A stretch of DNA of 64,000 bases from Candidatus Poseidoniaceae archaeon (GTDB lineage: Archaea; Thermoplasmatota; Poseidoniia; Poseidoniales; Poseidoniaceae), in assembly GCA_028356125.1 (NCBI GenBank), contig JAOMTZ010000007.1:1127-65126 (forward strand), in the 5' to 3' direction. Below, piece by piece: positions 17,587-27,200 of this stretch (positions within the stretch are counted from its first letter, which is position 1; every line of letters starts with the position of its first letter). The position numbers were made by a program, and so were the translations under genes. A model generated the notes under the pieces. It had not been told where the DNA came from and did not search any database. It worked only from the letters and a program-made list of their open reading frames with translations.

Positions 17587-18039
17587 ATGTCGGTGATTAA
17601 TTCATATACAGAGATTATCGCATTACCCATTATGGCGTCAAATCAAGAACCTGCATCTAGGGTTGAAGATGATGGCACAAATGTTGATTCAAAAGAAATA
17701 GTTCAACTTTTGGTATCCCTAGGCGCTGAGGTTAATACAGCCAAGACTCTAATCTGTCTACATGTACACGGGCCATCAAAATCATCGGATTTACAGAAGC
17801 GTTGTAATCTTAGACAACCGGATGTCAGTATTGCAATAAATCAACTAAATGGATTAAATCTAATTGAAATAATCACTACTCATTCAGGAGGAAGAGGAAG
17901 GCCATCACATACCTACCAACTTACGGTTTCATTGAATGAAGCCCTGAAACCATTCAGACAACAGGCTATTGAACGCCTATCCATTCTTCAAGATCAACTT
18001 ACGAGATTAACAGAACTTACTGATTCAGTGATTGAATAA
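17587..18039 (+). CDS. winged-helix transcription regulator (TrmB/ArsR-like)
   Basis: AKTLICLHVHGPSKSSDLQKRCNLRQPDVSIAINQLNGLNLIEI...GRGRPSHTYQL shows an HTH plus wing pattern, followed by a C-terminal coiled-coil-like helix. Confidence 0.6.
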   Translation: MSVINSYTEIIALPIMASNQEPASRVEDDGTNVDSKEIVQLLVSLGAEVNTAKTLICLHVHGPSKSSDLQKRCNLRQPDVSIAINQLNGLNLIEIITTHSGGRGRPSHTYQLTVSLNEALKPFRQQAIERLSILQDQLTRLTELTDSVIE

Positions 18040-18336
18040 CTATGGTAATGTGAACAGGACATCGTCTCCATGTCCATCCAATAGTCTCAACTTAACTCCA
18101 GCATCTATCCAAGCATGAGCGTAGTTAATAGCTCCAAATGCTCGCACGTAGTCTCCTTTGTCCATGAAGTGCTGAGCATCGCTGGCATAGTCATCTGCCA
18201 TTCGAAGCATTATCTGAAGTTGTTCGGACTCGTGGGAGCCCTCCTTATGAATCGGAGTTGCTTTTTGTCTGGCTTTTCGAGTCAGCCCGATATAATGAGT
18301 TAATTTCTCTTTGGTCACAATATTGTCAACACCCAT
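18040..18336 (-). CDS. small conserved-looking helical protein (possibly DUF357-like)
   Basis: The 98-aa protein contains ...DYASDAQHFMDKGDYVRAFGAINYAHAWIDAGVKLRLLDG. Its ATG at 18336 abuts the stop (18337-18339) of the upstream gene. The family assignment is from memory only. Confidence 0.45.
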   Translation of the reverse strand: MGVDNIVTKEKLTHYIGLTRKARQKATPIHKEGSHESEQLQIMLRMADDYASDAQHFMDKGDYVRAFGAINYAHAWIDAGVKLRLLDGHGDDVLFTLP

Positions 18337-19365
18337 TCAATCACCTCTTTGTCCTGAAAGCAAACGATTGACATCTGAAGATCTTCCAAGTGACTCATAC
18401 AATTCTATTGCAAGAGATATCCTGCCTTCCTCTTCAGCACTGCAAGCACGTTTGAAGATCTTACGTCTTTCATCCCAATCACTAGCGACTTTAGCCTCTG
18501 CAACCATCTTCTGTAATTCCACTCTACGTAATTGGGATAATTCCGGTGATTGCCAGATTCTAGTCAATCCATCACGTTTGATTGTAGCCATGGTATCTGC
18601 TGCTAATCCAACCAAGAAATCCCCTAAGTTAGCATTTGCTAACTCGATAGGCTCGCCATCAGCCATTGCATTTAAACTGCCATCTATTGACAATACCCAC
18701 CAGCCATCTCCAGCCCTATGTGCAGATAATGGTTCTAATGATCGAGTTTCAATAGTCTCTAAGTTATCCCAGCCGTATGGGTGAGGAGTTCCTTCCCATA
18801 GCATACCATCTGCAGACTGCATCAATAACCTTCCTTGCGACATTCGACTAACCCAAGACCAAACTCTGTCTTCTAGTAATCGCTGTGAATCTTCATTTGC
18901 AAGACGGGCGCATCTCAACTTACCATCATCATCTTGCCACATTAGGTGCTCTCTATCGAACCAACCTACTAATCGGCGAACTCCGCCTACGGCAAGGCGT
19001 TTCAATCCCCTTCCATCTTGATTGAAGACATGGAGCTGGCCTTGGCGACAAGAAAGAACCCAGCCGCCTCCCGGCCTTGCCAATAGATCACTGAACCCAC
19101 TAGTAGTGGAACGTCCTTCACCAACCTGGGAGCCATCGCTGGCACGCAATAAATGGAATCCATGACCAAACAATATACCAATTTTACCAGATGCATGTGC
19201 CGCAGCATGAACCCTGAAAGGTAATTCTTTCTTCCACCTTGGATTGGTATCTTCATCTAACAGTATCACGTCTAAACCTGTTGAAACCAAGAGTTCACTG
19301 CCGACACTACATGCTGTAGATATCAAATTAGGCGCTTGCCATGAACGAGATACAGTCCAACTCAT
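18337..19365 (-). CDS. beta-propeller-like repeat protein with a C-terminal helical tail
   Basis: It shows repeated short strand patterns with D/G turns (ASDGSQVGEG, NQDGRGL, QDDDGKL, SADGMLW, SIDGSL, KRDGLTRIW). ATG 19365 forms an ATGA overlap with the upstream stop; the track start is 19389. Confidence 0.5.
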   Translation of the reverse strand: MSWTVSRSWQAPNLISTACSVGSELLVSTGLDVILLDEDTNPRWKKELPFRVHAAAHASGKIGILFGHGFHLLRASDGSQVGEGRSTTSGFSDLLARPGGGWVLSCRQGQLHVFNQDGRGLKRLAVGGVRRLVGWFDREHLMWQDDDGKLRCARLANEDSQRLLEDRVWSWVSRMSQGRLLMQSADGMLWEGTPHPYGWDNLETIETRSLEPLSAHRAGDGWWVLSIDGSLNAMADGEPIELANANLGDFLVGLAADTMATIKRDGLTRIWQSPELSQLRRVELQKMVAEAKVASDWDERRKIFKRACSAEEEGRISLAIELYESLGRSSDVNRLLSGQRGD

Positions 19366-20927
19366 ACGCTCGCCTCCATCATTCCCCATGCCACTAATTG
19401 GGCCCTAGCATCGTTTGTTAATTTGAACATACGAGTTCTACCTCTTTGTTGAACAGAAAGTATTCCCCCTCTATAGAGCCGGTTACACATCTGTGACATT
19501 CTAGGCCTTCTAACATTTAATTTATCTTGTAATCTAGCATCGGATGGTGAGAATTCTCTTTCAGAAGCAACTTCGACTAATACTGACTCACCTCGGGAAA
19601 GGCTTCGGAGTGTTTGCATATCCAGAGGATTACTTTCTTTCTGACCGATTACTGGTCGACGAATTGCTGCCAGTAAATCTGCAACACCTACACCTTTAGG
19701 TACATCCAGAGCATTCAGTAATTGAGTGAACAAGATTTCGACGTTTCCATCCGATTCATGCGGAATAATTGGCTCATCATATTCTTCCTCAACGTGGAAG
19801 ACTTCGCCCGACTCAGGTAAATCTTCGACTATTGGTACATCTTCTAGGAGAACTGCTTCTGGTTGGCTGGCAACCCAGAGGCTGTTAGCATCAACATCAA
19901 GAGAATCTTGATCGGCTCTTGGCGCATTCTTCTTATCGAAGGGAGGCGATGCTTGTTTATTCACCCTGTTTCTTGCCGCTAGCCTACCAAATGCCCCCAT
20001 TGAAGGCAAGGGGGGCGGCAGAGGAGTTTTCTTCTCAGGCAATGGCGCCTCGGCTAATTTGTCGAGGTCTAAATCGAAAGTAGCCTGGATATTATTTTGT
20101 TCCTGAACAATTATGTCTTCTTCGGGGTATGAAATATTGATTTCAGACTCCTCGTAATCGATAGACTGCTCTTCGTATTTCACATCTCTTGGATTTGACC
20201 TTTCTTCATCCACCAGGTCTCTCAAAAGGCGCATTACTTTTGATGGATTTCCTTTTGTCTTCTCCAAAATATAGCTCAGTGCCTCTTCAGATAAATCCCA
20301 ACTTATGTTAGATGCAGTCGCGATTCTAGATTCACATAATTGTTTAATTTCTTCTTCGTTAAGTGGTTTAATGACTGCTGAATGGTCGAAATTATTGACC
20401 AATGAGGCCGGTATTTGCGCCCTCTGGTCCGTAGTTAGCGACACTATTACCAATGCATTGAGACGATGCAGAGGATTTACTAAAGTTGCAAGGACATCAG
20501 CCAAACGCTTACCATCAGCATTAGAAAAATCTAGAGAAATTAGTGGCAAAGGGCCCTGGCAAGACTCAGTAGTAGATACTAGTCTAGAGACCAATTCTTG
20601 AGTACTGGACGGTACGTCGAATCCAACTAATGTAACATAAATCTCGTGAAGAATAGTGGAAACAGGGTTATCTGAAGGAAACATATCTAGATGTACGCTC
20701 TTTTCAGTCTCCTCAGATAGGCATCGCATAAGTGATGACCGCCCTGTGCCGCTCTCTCCAACCAGTAAAATCATCCTTGCATTCCTGATTTTCAAAAATC
20801 TAGCCCATCTAGCTGTGATATCGTCTCGGCCAACTAATAATTTGGATTGTCCTGTTTCTAGTGGCCTAGCATGGAAAGGATTGATCCTTAGCGCTGGTAT
20901 TCCAAGATAAGGTACATCTTCACCCAT
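19362..20927 (-). CDS. divergent Orc1/Cdc6-like AAA+ protein with degenerate ATPase motifs and a C-terminal winged helix
   Basis: INPFHARPLETGQSKLLVGRDDI...MILLVGESGTGRSSL is a Walker A with Arg in place of Lys, and I verified codon CGG at 20739-20741. The Walker-B position reads LISLDF and the sensor-2 position reads KGNPSKVMRLLRDL. An acidic/proline-rich linker follows. The C-terminal MSQMCNRLYRGGILSVQQRGRTRMFKLT is a wHTH. Confidence 0.6.
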   Translation of the reverse strand: MGEDVPYLGIPALRINPFHARPLETGQSKLLVGRDDITARWARFLKIRNARMILLVGESGTGRSSLMRCLSEETEKSVHLDMFPSDNPVSTILHEIYVTLVGFDVPSSTQELVSRLVSTTESCQGPLPLISLDFSNADGKRLADVLATLVNPLHRLNALVIVSLTTDQRAQIPASLVNNFDHSAVIKPLNEEEIKQLCESRIATASNISWDLSEEALSYILEKTKGNPSKVMRLLRDLVDEERSNPRDVKYEEQSIDYEESEINISYPEEDIIVQEQNNIQATFDLDLDKLAEAPLPEKKTPLPPPLPSMGAFGRLAARNRVNKQASPPFDKKNAPRADQDSLDVDANSLWVASQPEAVLLEDVPIVEDLPESGEVFHVEEEYDEPIIPHESDGNVEILFTQLLNALDVPKGVGVADLLAAIRRPVIGQKESNPLDMQTLRSLSRGESVLVEVASEREFSPSDARLQDKLNVRRPRMSQMCNRLYRGGILSVQQRGRTRMFKLTNDARAQLVAWGMMEASV

Positions 20928-21035
20928 AACTCGCAGTGCGAATTAACGAGTATATGATGTTTCAGTGAAACAAGTAGTTGGAGAGGCCCGTTAGGACGCG
21001 TTGAATCTAAGACCACTTAGAAGAATTTAGATTCA

Positions 21036-21081
21036 TTAACACTTGGTTAACGCATAGTTAACGCGTTAGTTAAAGCGTTAA
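21036..21081. promoter_or_regulatory. array of TTAACGC / GCGTTAA heptamers in a divergent intergenic region
   Basis: TTAACAC at 21036, TTAACGC at 21047, TTAACGC at 21058 (overlapping GCGTTAg at 21063) and GCGTTAA at 21075. Direct copies are 11 bp apart, and TAACGCGTTA is a perfect palindrome. Confidence 0.4.
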
Positions 21082-21136
21082 TCGTCGGTTTCTTCATCAA
21101 GTAGACACCACCCGCTACAACTGGAGGAACAGTCCA

Positions 21137-22429
21137 ATGCCAGTTGACAAAAGCCGACTTTCAGGTTTCTACAAACTATCTGTGGAACAAAGGAGGCAAA
21201 TGGTTGCCGAATTAGCAAATCTGAGCCCCGATGCGATCGCTGCACTGGCTAGCCATGGCGAATTGGATGAAATAGCGGCAGACCGCATGATTGAGAACGT
21301 AATAGGCACCATGTCATTACCCGTAGGAGTGGCCACTAATTTCGTAATAGATGGCGCCCCGTACCTCATTCCCTTCTGCCTAGAAGAATCTAGTGTCGTA
21401 GCTGCAGCCAGCAATATGGCGAAGAGATGCCTCGTCAAGGGAGGGTTTAGGACATCAAGCGATGGGCCAATTATGATATCTCAGATTCAAGTTCTTGAAT
21501 TGGAGGACGTAGAAGAGGCAGGAGAAGCCATTCTTACAGCCAAATATGAATTGATGGGGATGTGCAATTCACTACCCTCAACTATGATCAAACTAGGAGG
21601 AGGCTGCAAGGACATACAAGTCCGTAGCATAGATTCCATTTCTGGAAGAATGCTGGTCATCCATTTGCTAGTAGACACACGGGACGCCATGGGAGCAAAC
21701 GCAGTTAATACAATGGCTGAACTGATAAGCGGAAAGGTCGAAGAGATCACTGGTGGCAGAGTGCACCTCAGAATCCTCTCCAACCTCGCATCTCAACGCT
21801 TGGCTAGAGTTGAAGCAACATTCACGCCAGAAGAGATATCAGATGATGGCACTGCTGAAAATGGTAGAAAGGTCATTGCTGGAATATTAGAAGCACATCA
21901 TTTTGCAATGGCTGACCCCTACAGAGCAGCAACACACAACAAGGGCGTAATGAACGCAATCAGTGCTGTTGCGCTTGCTTGTGGCCAAGACTGGAGAGCG
22001 ATTGAAGCAGGATGCCATGCCTGGGCTGCAGTAAACACTGGAGAATACACATCTATGACCAGATGGCACAGAGACGATGAAGGTAACTTAGTTGGGAAAC
22101 TGGAAACACCAATGGCGGTTGGAATTGTAGGAGGTGCCTCCAAGGTCCACCCAGTCGCTAGAGCTAATCTAGCGATATTAGGTCTGAATTCAGCGCAAGA
22201 ACTCGCAGGGGTAATCGCTGCAGCAGGATTAGCACAAAACCTTGGAGCAATGCGAGCGCTTGCAACCAGTGGCATTCAAGCAGGTCACATGAAACTACAC
22301 TCAAGAAACATGGCTGTTAGCGCAGGAGCTATTGGCGATGAAATCGAAAAGGTTGCAAATATGGTAAACTCTCAGCAAGGACCTGTTACTCAACAATTAG
22401 TCAAGGAAACGCTTGAATCGATCAGGTAA
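21137..22429 (+). CDS. hmgA: HMG-CoA reductase, class II
   Basis: SRLSGFYKLSVEQRR, ENVIGTMSLPVGVATNFVIDGAPYLIPFCLEESSVVAAASNMAK and DAMGANAVNTMAE. The 430-aa length is typical of class II. GGAGG lies upstream of the ATG. Confidence 0.92.
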   Translation: MPVDKSRLSGFYKLSVEQRRQMVAELANLSPDAIAALASHGELDEIAADRMIENVIGTMSLPVGVATNFVIDGAPYLIPFCLEESSVVAAASNMAKRCLVKGGFRTSSDGPIMISQIQVLELEDVEEAGEAILTAKYELMGMCNSLPSTMIKLGGGCKDIQVRSIDSISGRMLVIHLLVDTRDAMGANAVNTMAELISGKVEEITGGRVHLRILSNLASQRLARVEATFTPEEISDDGTAENGRKVIAGILEAHHFAMADPYRAATHNKGVMNAISAVALACGQDWRAIEAGCHAWAAVNTGEYTSMTRWHRDDEGNLVGKLETPMAVGIVGGASKVHPVARANLAILGLNSAQELAGVIAAAGLAQNLGAMRALATSGIQAGHMKLHSRNMAVSAGAIGDEIEKVANMVNSQQGPVTQQLVKETLESIR

Positions 22430-22432
22430 TGA

Positions 22433-23041
22433 TTACTCATCTTCACCTAATTCGAGAATTGTCTGAGTCCCACCATCGGAATCCGTTTCATCTCTCAAAG
22501 CAAGTTTACTCTCCATGCCATCTAGCATTCCAGAGGATACAACCATGTCTCTAAACCATGCTTTTACCTTCTTCCTATCAGTATGAGGGCAACCGAACAT
22601 CTCCGAGAACCGACGAGTAGTAGTCAACCTCCTAGTGTTTCCATCACGCCTTCGACCGATTAAACCAGCCTGTGCGAGTTCCCTGATGTGGTCGTAAGCT
22701 CGCTGACCAAGTAATTCTACCAAACGTGATTGTGGCATTGGTTGATGATAAGCAATAAGAGCGGCCGCCTTAAGCAACTTAGGTGCCAATTCAGACTTGG
22801 TTTCTTTTGGTAGATGGTTAGCGATTATTGGTTTGACTTCCATCGCCCATTTGCCACCGATCTCTACAACTTGTAATCCTCCACCGCGTCTTCTCTTGAC
22901 GGTTGCCTGTAGATTGGTCATCGCTTCAGTAATCTCTTCGTCGTCGTAACCCAGTTGTTCTGAAAGTTCATTCATATTCATTGAACGGCCTGCACTGAAA
23001 AGTGTTGCTTCGAGTAAAGTTTCTAATGGTATTTCAGACAT
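22433..23041 (-). CDS. scpB: segregation and condensation protein B
   Basis: LLEATLFSAGRSMNMNELSEQLG... shows tandem winged helices. It is the last gene of smc-scpA-scpB. Confidence 0.88.
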   Translation of the reverse strand: MSEIPLETLLEATLFSAGRSMNMNELSEQLGYDDEEITEAMTNLQATVKRRRGGGLQVVEIGGKWAMEVKPIIANHLPKETKSELAPKLLKAAALIAYHQPMPQSRLVELLGQRAYDHIRELAQAGLIGRRRDGNTRRLTTTRRFSEMFGCPHTDRKKVKAWFRDMVVSSGMLDGMESKLALRDETDSDGGTQTILELGEDE

Positions 23042-23053
23042 GTCACTAACTCC

Positions 23054-24199
23054 TTACTCCACTAACCAGTCTGCTGGGTTTTCAGAATTTGATTCTGCTT
23101 CTAATTTTGCTCTTTCTTCTTCCTCAGCGGCAACCCTAGCCCTCTCTGCCAAACGAGCAGCGTGCCTCATCGACTCGGTTTCATCCTGTTTAATAGAATC
23201 TGAATCATCAGCCATCAGTTTGTCAGCCAAAGTAGTAACTTCCTCGAAAGTATTTGCATTTGGCCACCGATCTTCCAACATAATTGGATCATCTGGGCCT
23301 TCTTGGCTAATCCATGCATAACCCCTGTGGGTAAGGAATAATCCTGCGACAAATGACGTTATTTTAGATTCAACATCATAGCCATACGGTATTTCTCCAA
23401 AAGTCTCCACGAGGATGTTTTCCAATTCGAGTGTAACCTCCGAAACAGGAACTTTGATTTCGCTTCTTGAATGGCAGACTTTACGCATTGCAGTCCAGCA
23501 CCTACGGATATCACCCTCCATATCCTCATTATGCATCCTAGAACCCACATTATCGAGCATATTCTTCAACTCAACAGCGTGTTCACGGCGATATTCTTCC
23601 TTCACTTTGAGGATTTCAGCCTCATCACATGCATCTTTCAATGCAGATAGTAACTCACCGAGAGTTGAAGGCCGGCCTTCATCTCTCCTAATCCTTTCAC
23701 CAAAAAACGAAGGCAGTACTTGATCAGCACTTCCTTCGAGAATGGATGAAGTGAAGATAAACTCCTCATCATCGTATTCAGCTTCCCAGCCAAAATCTGT
23801 GAAATCATCTTCATCTTCGAAATCCAATGCAATTACTCTATCAAAGAGAGTAGATGCTTGTTGAGTCAATACTTCCCACGACATACGGATAAGACGACCG
23901 CAGGCAGGTAAATCAAGATCTGATGCTTCTTTTCTGACACGCAGTGTGAATAGTTTTAGGAAGGCGGATAGGTCGATATTCCACGGGTCCATTCCCTCTT
24001 CTTTGACCAGCGAAAGCACCAATGCTACCGAGCGGTCAAAGGGGTCAGAGAGTACTTGGTGCTCCGCACTTTCTTCTTGTGCAATTCGCAAGATACGGTC
24101 TGCATACCTCTCAGCTTCGCTTAGATCTTCTTCTTGACCCATTAATTGGTCAAGAATATCCTGGCGTAAGAACCAGTCGTCTAATACGGCTTGTTGCAT
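23054..24199 (-). CDS. scpA: segregation and condensation protein A (kleisin), long form
   Basis: LVKEEGMDPWNIDLSAFLKLF is the ScpA N-terminal motif. Its ATG lies 2 nt after the smc stop. It has acidic N- and C-terminal extensions (381 aa). Confidence 0.88.
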   Translation of the reverse strand: MQQAVLDDWFLRQDILDQLMGQEEDLSEAERYADRILRIAQEESAEHQVLSDPFDRSVALVLSLVKEEGMDPWNIDLSAFLKLFTLRVRKEASDLDLPACGRLIRMSWEVLTQQASTLFDRVIALDFEDEDDFTDFGWEAEYDDEEFIFTSSILEGSADQVLPSFFGERIRRDEGRPSTLGELLSALKDACDEAEILKVKEEYRREHAVELKNMLDNVGSRMHNEDMEGDIRRCWTAMRKVCHSRSEIKVPVSEVTLELENILVETFGEIPYGYDVESKITSFVAGLFLTHRGYAWISQEGPDDPIMLEDRWPNANTFEEVTTLADKLMADDSDSIKQDETESMRHAARLAERARVAAEEEERAKLEAESNSENPADWLVE

Positions 24200-24201
24200 G
24201 C

Positions 24202-27200
24202 TCAGACCTCCTTCTCAACCTCTTGATCTTCAACTTCTTGTCCATCGGTTTCATCAGCCAATAACTCTGAGACTATCTTCTGCCTTTCTTCTATTTCCTC
24301 AGTTAGTTCTTCTGCTCTTTCAGTAAGTGCTTCGAAACCATTTTCAGATTCATCTTCTTCTATATGATTCAACAATCCGCCAAGACTCTTGGGAGCAGGA
24401 AGTGCGTCTGGAACTTCTGGCATTTCATGAGCAATAATCCTAGCTTCTTCTATTCTTGAATGGTTCTTATCAGAAGCATCTGTTGCTTCTTTCTCGGCTT
24501 GAGCACCTAGTTCTATAGCACGGTCACGGTCGAAGTCAACAATTCTTCTAGAGCATCCATCTCCACCATGAGTTATCCCGATATGATGGTCAGCTAGTTC
24601 GAGAGAAACCTTGCGCAAGGTAACCATGATGAATTGTGCTGCTTCACTTCTATTGCGGCATTCTGTAGCAATCAACTTTGAATTAGGTACATCCAGGTTC
24701 TGGTCAACTTCATCAAAGTAGTAGAATGGACTTGGGTCGTGATCTTGAATTGCGAAAATTAACGACAATGAAGCCATCGACTTTTCGCCACCAGACAATC
24801 CCTGTAATCGAGATTTGTTAGATTTACCTCGTGGTTGAGCCCACATATCCAAACCTCCTTTGAAAGGTTCATCCGGGTTCTCCAAGAACAACTCACCTCT
24901 TCCACCATTAGAAAGCCGATTGTATACTACCTTGAAGTTCTCATTTACTTCCTTCAAAGTGGCCAATAGTCGAGTTTTCCTTTGATTCTCAAGCTTATCT
25001 GTGATGTCGATAAGTCTCTTTCTTCTTTCTTGAAGAACTTTGAAGTCGTCTTTCATTTCATCCAGCCTCTTCTTACAGGAATCATATTGTTCAATAGCAA
25101 GCATGTTGAAATCGCCATACCTGTCAAGTTTCCTTCGCAAATCATTGACACGCTTTTGGGCATCTCCTACATTTGGCAATTCTACATCATCTTCCGCTAC
25201 AGGAACTGATTCTGCTGCCATCTCAACAAGTAAATCCGCTAAGTTTTGTTCCCTAATAGCTAAACTACGAGATATGTCTTCAGCCATCGATCTGCTATTT
25301 ATGGCAGAATTAGCCTTCTGGTTAGCGTTTGCTTTGACTTCTGCACGCTCTTCAACCAATCCTTTCCTCTCATTTTCTAATTCTTGATGTTCGTCGAGTA
25401 AAGATGCTCTTTCCTCTTCCTTTTGATTTAGAAGAATTGTTTCCTCTTTAACAGAAGACTTCCATTCTTTTACAGACTTTTCACGACCAGCCATTCCGGC
25501 TTGTATTTCATCAGCCCTAGAAGTAAGGTTGTCTAATGTTTGAGTTAGAAGTTCGCTCATTTCCTTGCCACTGTCAATAGTTAATTGCGCCTTATTTGCT
25601 GCACCCTCTGCCTCTATACGCAGTGATTGTGCTTCAAGTAGGCGCTTTCTAATTCCATCCGGGCTCGAGTTACTGAGGTCTTCACTTGCTAAATCTCTAG
25701 CAGCTTCTGCTTCTAACAACTTCATTGAAGCCGATTCAACCATAGCCAATTTACCGACATGGTCCGATTCGAGATTGGCTAAACGGGTTTCCAGTTGGCT
25801 AGCAACTCCTCTTGCTTTGACAAGTACTTTCTCTGCAAGTTCCATTTCTGCTTTGATTGTACCTGCCTTTACAGAATGGTCATCTTCGGTTAATGAGTTG
25901 ATCTTTGTACGGATTTCGTGTTGGCGTGTTCTTGCTTCACGTAATGCTGCTGCGACTGTTTGAGCCATTATCGAGAGGCGATCTACTTCTCCGCCTAATT
26001 TCTCGACTTCACTAGCGCCGTGTATTTTCCCACCAAAGCCTGCTTTCATCTTCTGCTTACTACCTCCAACCATAGCACCTCCTGGTTCAGTAATCTCCCC
26101 ACCAAGAGTAACCAATCTTACACCGCCCATCAAACGACGGGCAGTTCCGATATTATTGACAATCAAGGTGTTTCGAAGCGAATATGCAACAGCAGTGGAG
26201 ATTCTAGGATCGTAATCTAGTAATTCGTGAGCGAATCCAATAACCCCTTCCTTATTCGCAAGCATTGCTGCTTTACCGGAAGAGCGATTGGTATGCATTT
26301 TGTTTAGCGGCAGGAATGTTGCCCTGCCTAATTTCCTGCTTTTTAGAAGAGCCATTGCTTCAGCAGCAACCTGGTCACTCTCTACTACGACTGAATTCAT
26401 TCCTCCGCCTACAGCAGTTGCCAATGCATCTGAATGGGCTGAATCTTTTGGAGCGCATAGTTCGCTTATAGTCCCAATAATTCCTTTCAATTCGCCCCGG
26501 TCTCTTGCAGCCATTACCGCCGCTGCACCAGGTGCCATGCCGTTACTCCCTGAACGCCTATCCAATTCTGTTCTCGCAGAGGATAGTCTTCTTTCGGCGT
26601 CTTGCAATCTCTTATCAACAGCACCCGATTCATCGATTAGCCTCTTCTCTGCAGACTGAGCGCTTCGTAATTCATTTCCAAGAGCAGTGCGGTCATTTTC
26701 AGGATCGGCTGTTCCGAGTTCTTCGAATTGTAACTGTACTTCGTCAAATGCTAGTTTTGCGTCATCGACCTCTTCTTCCGCAGTACATAATTGCTCGGCG
26801 ACCATTTCCGCCTGGTTAGAAACCTTGTCTGCCTCTAACCTAGCTGTTTGAACTGCATTCCTGCATGATTCAAGGTACTCGTTTGCTTTGGATAAAGCCC
26901 GTGATAGTGATGCTGTTGCTTCACCTGAACTTTCTAGTGTCACTCTGATTTCTGCCTCTATTGCTTCTGTTTCCTCAAATGCCTTCTTACTGGCAGCCAG
27001 TGCCTCATTTGCAGCAGATAAATTCTCCACGTGAGTGTCTAAATTAGTCTTAGCCTCAGAGATTTGCTCTTCTAAATCAATTAATGACTCGCTGTCATCT
27101 ATATCTGCAATCTCTGCTTCATCGAGATGGTCGTTTTTCAAAGCAAGTGAAACTTGCAGTTTCCCGATTTGGTCGTTAAGGCCACCTTTGTCCCCTCCCA

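Noticed and set aside
20928-21136. The TTAACGC array as an origin (ORB) next to the Cdc6-like gene
   Set aside because: The repeats do not resemble known ORB or mini-ORB elements (no G-string or long dyad), and no flanking AT-rich DUE stands out. They are kept only as a candidate operator.
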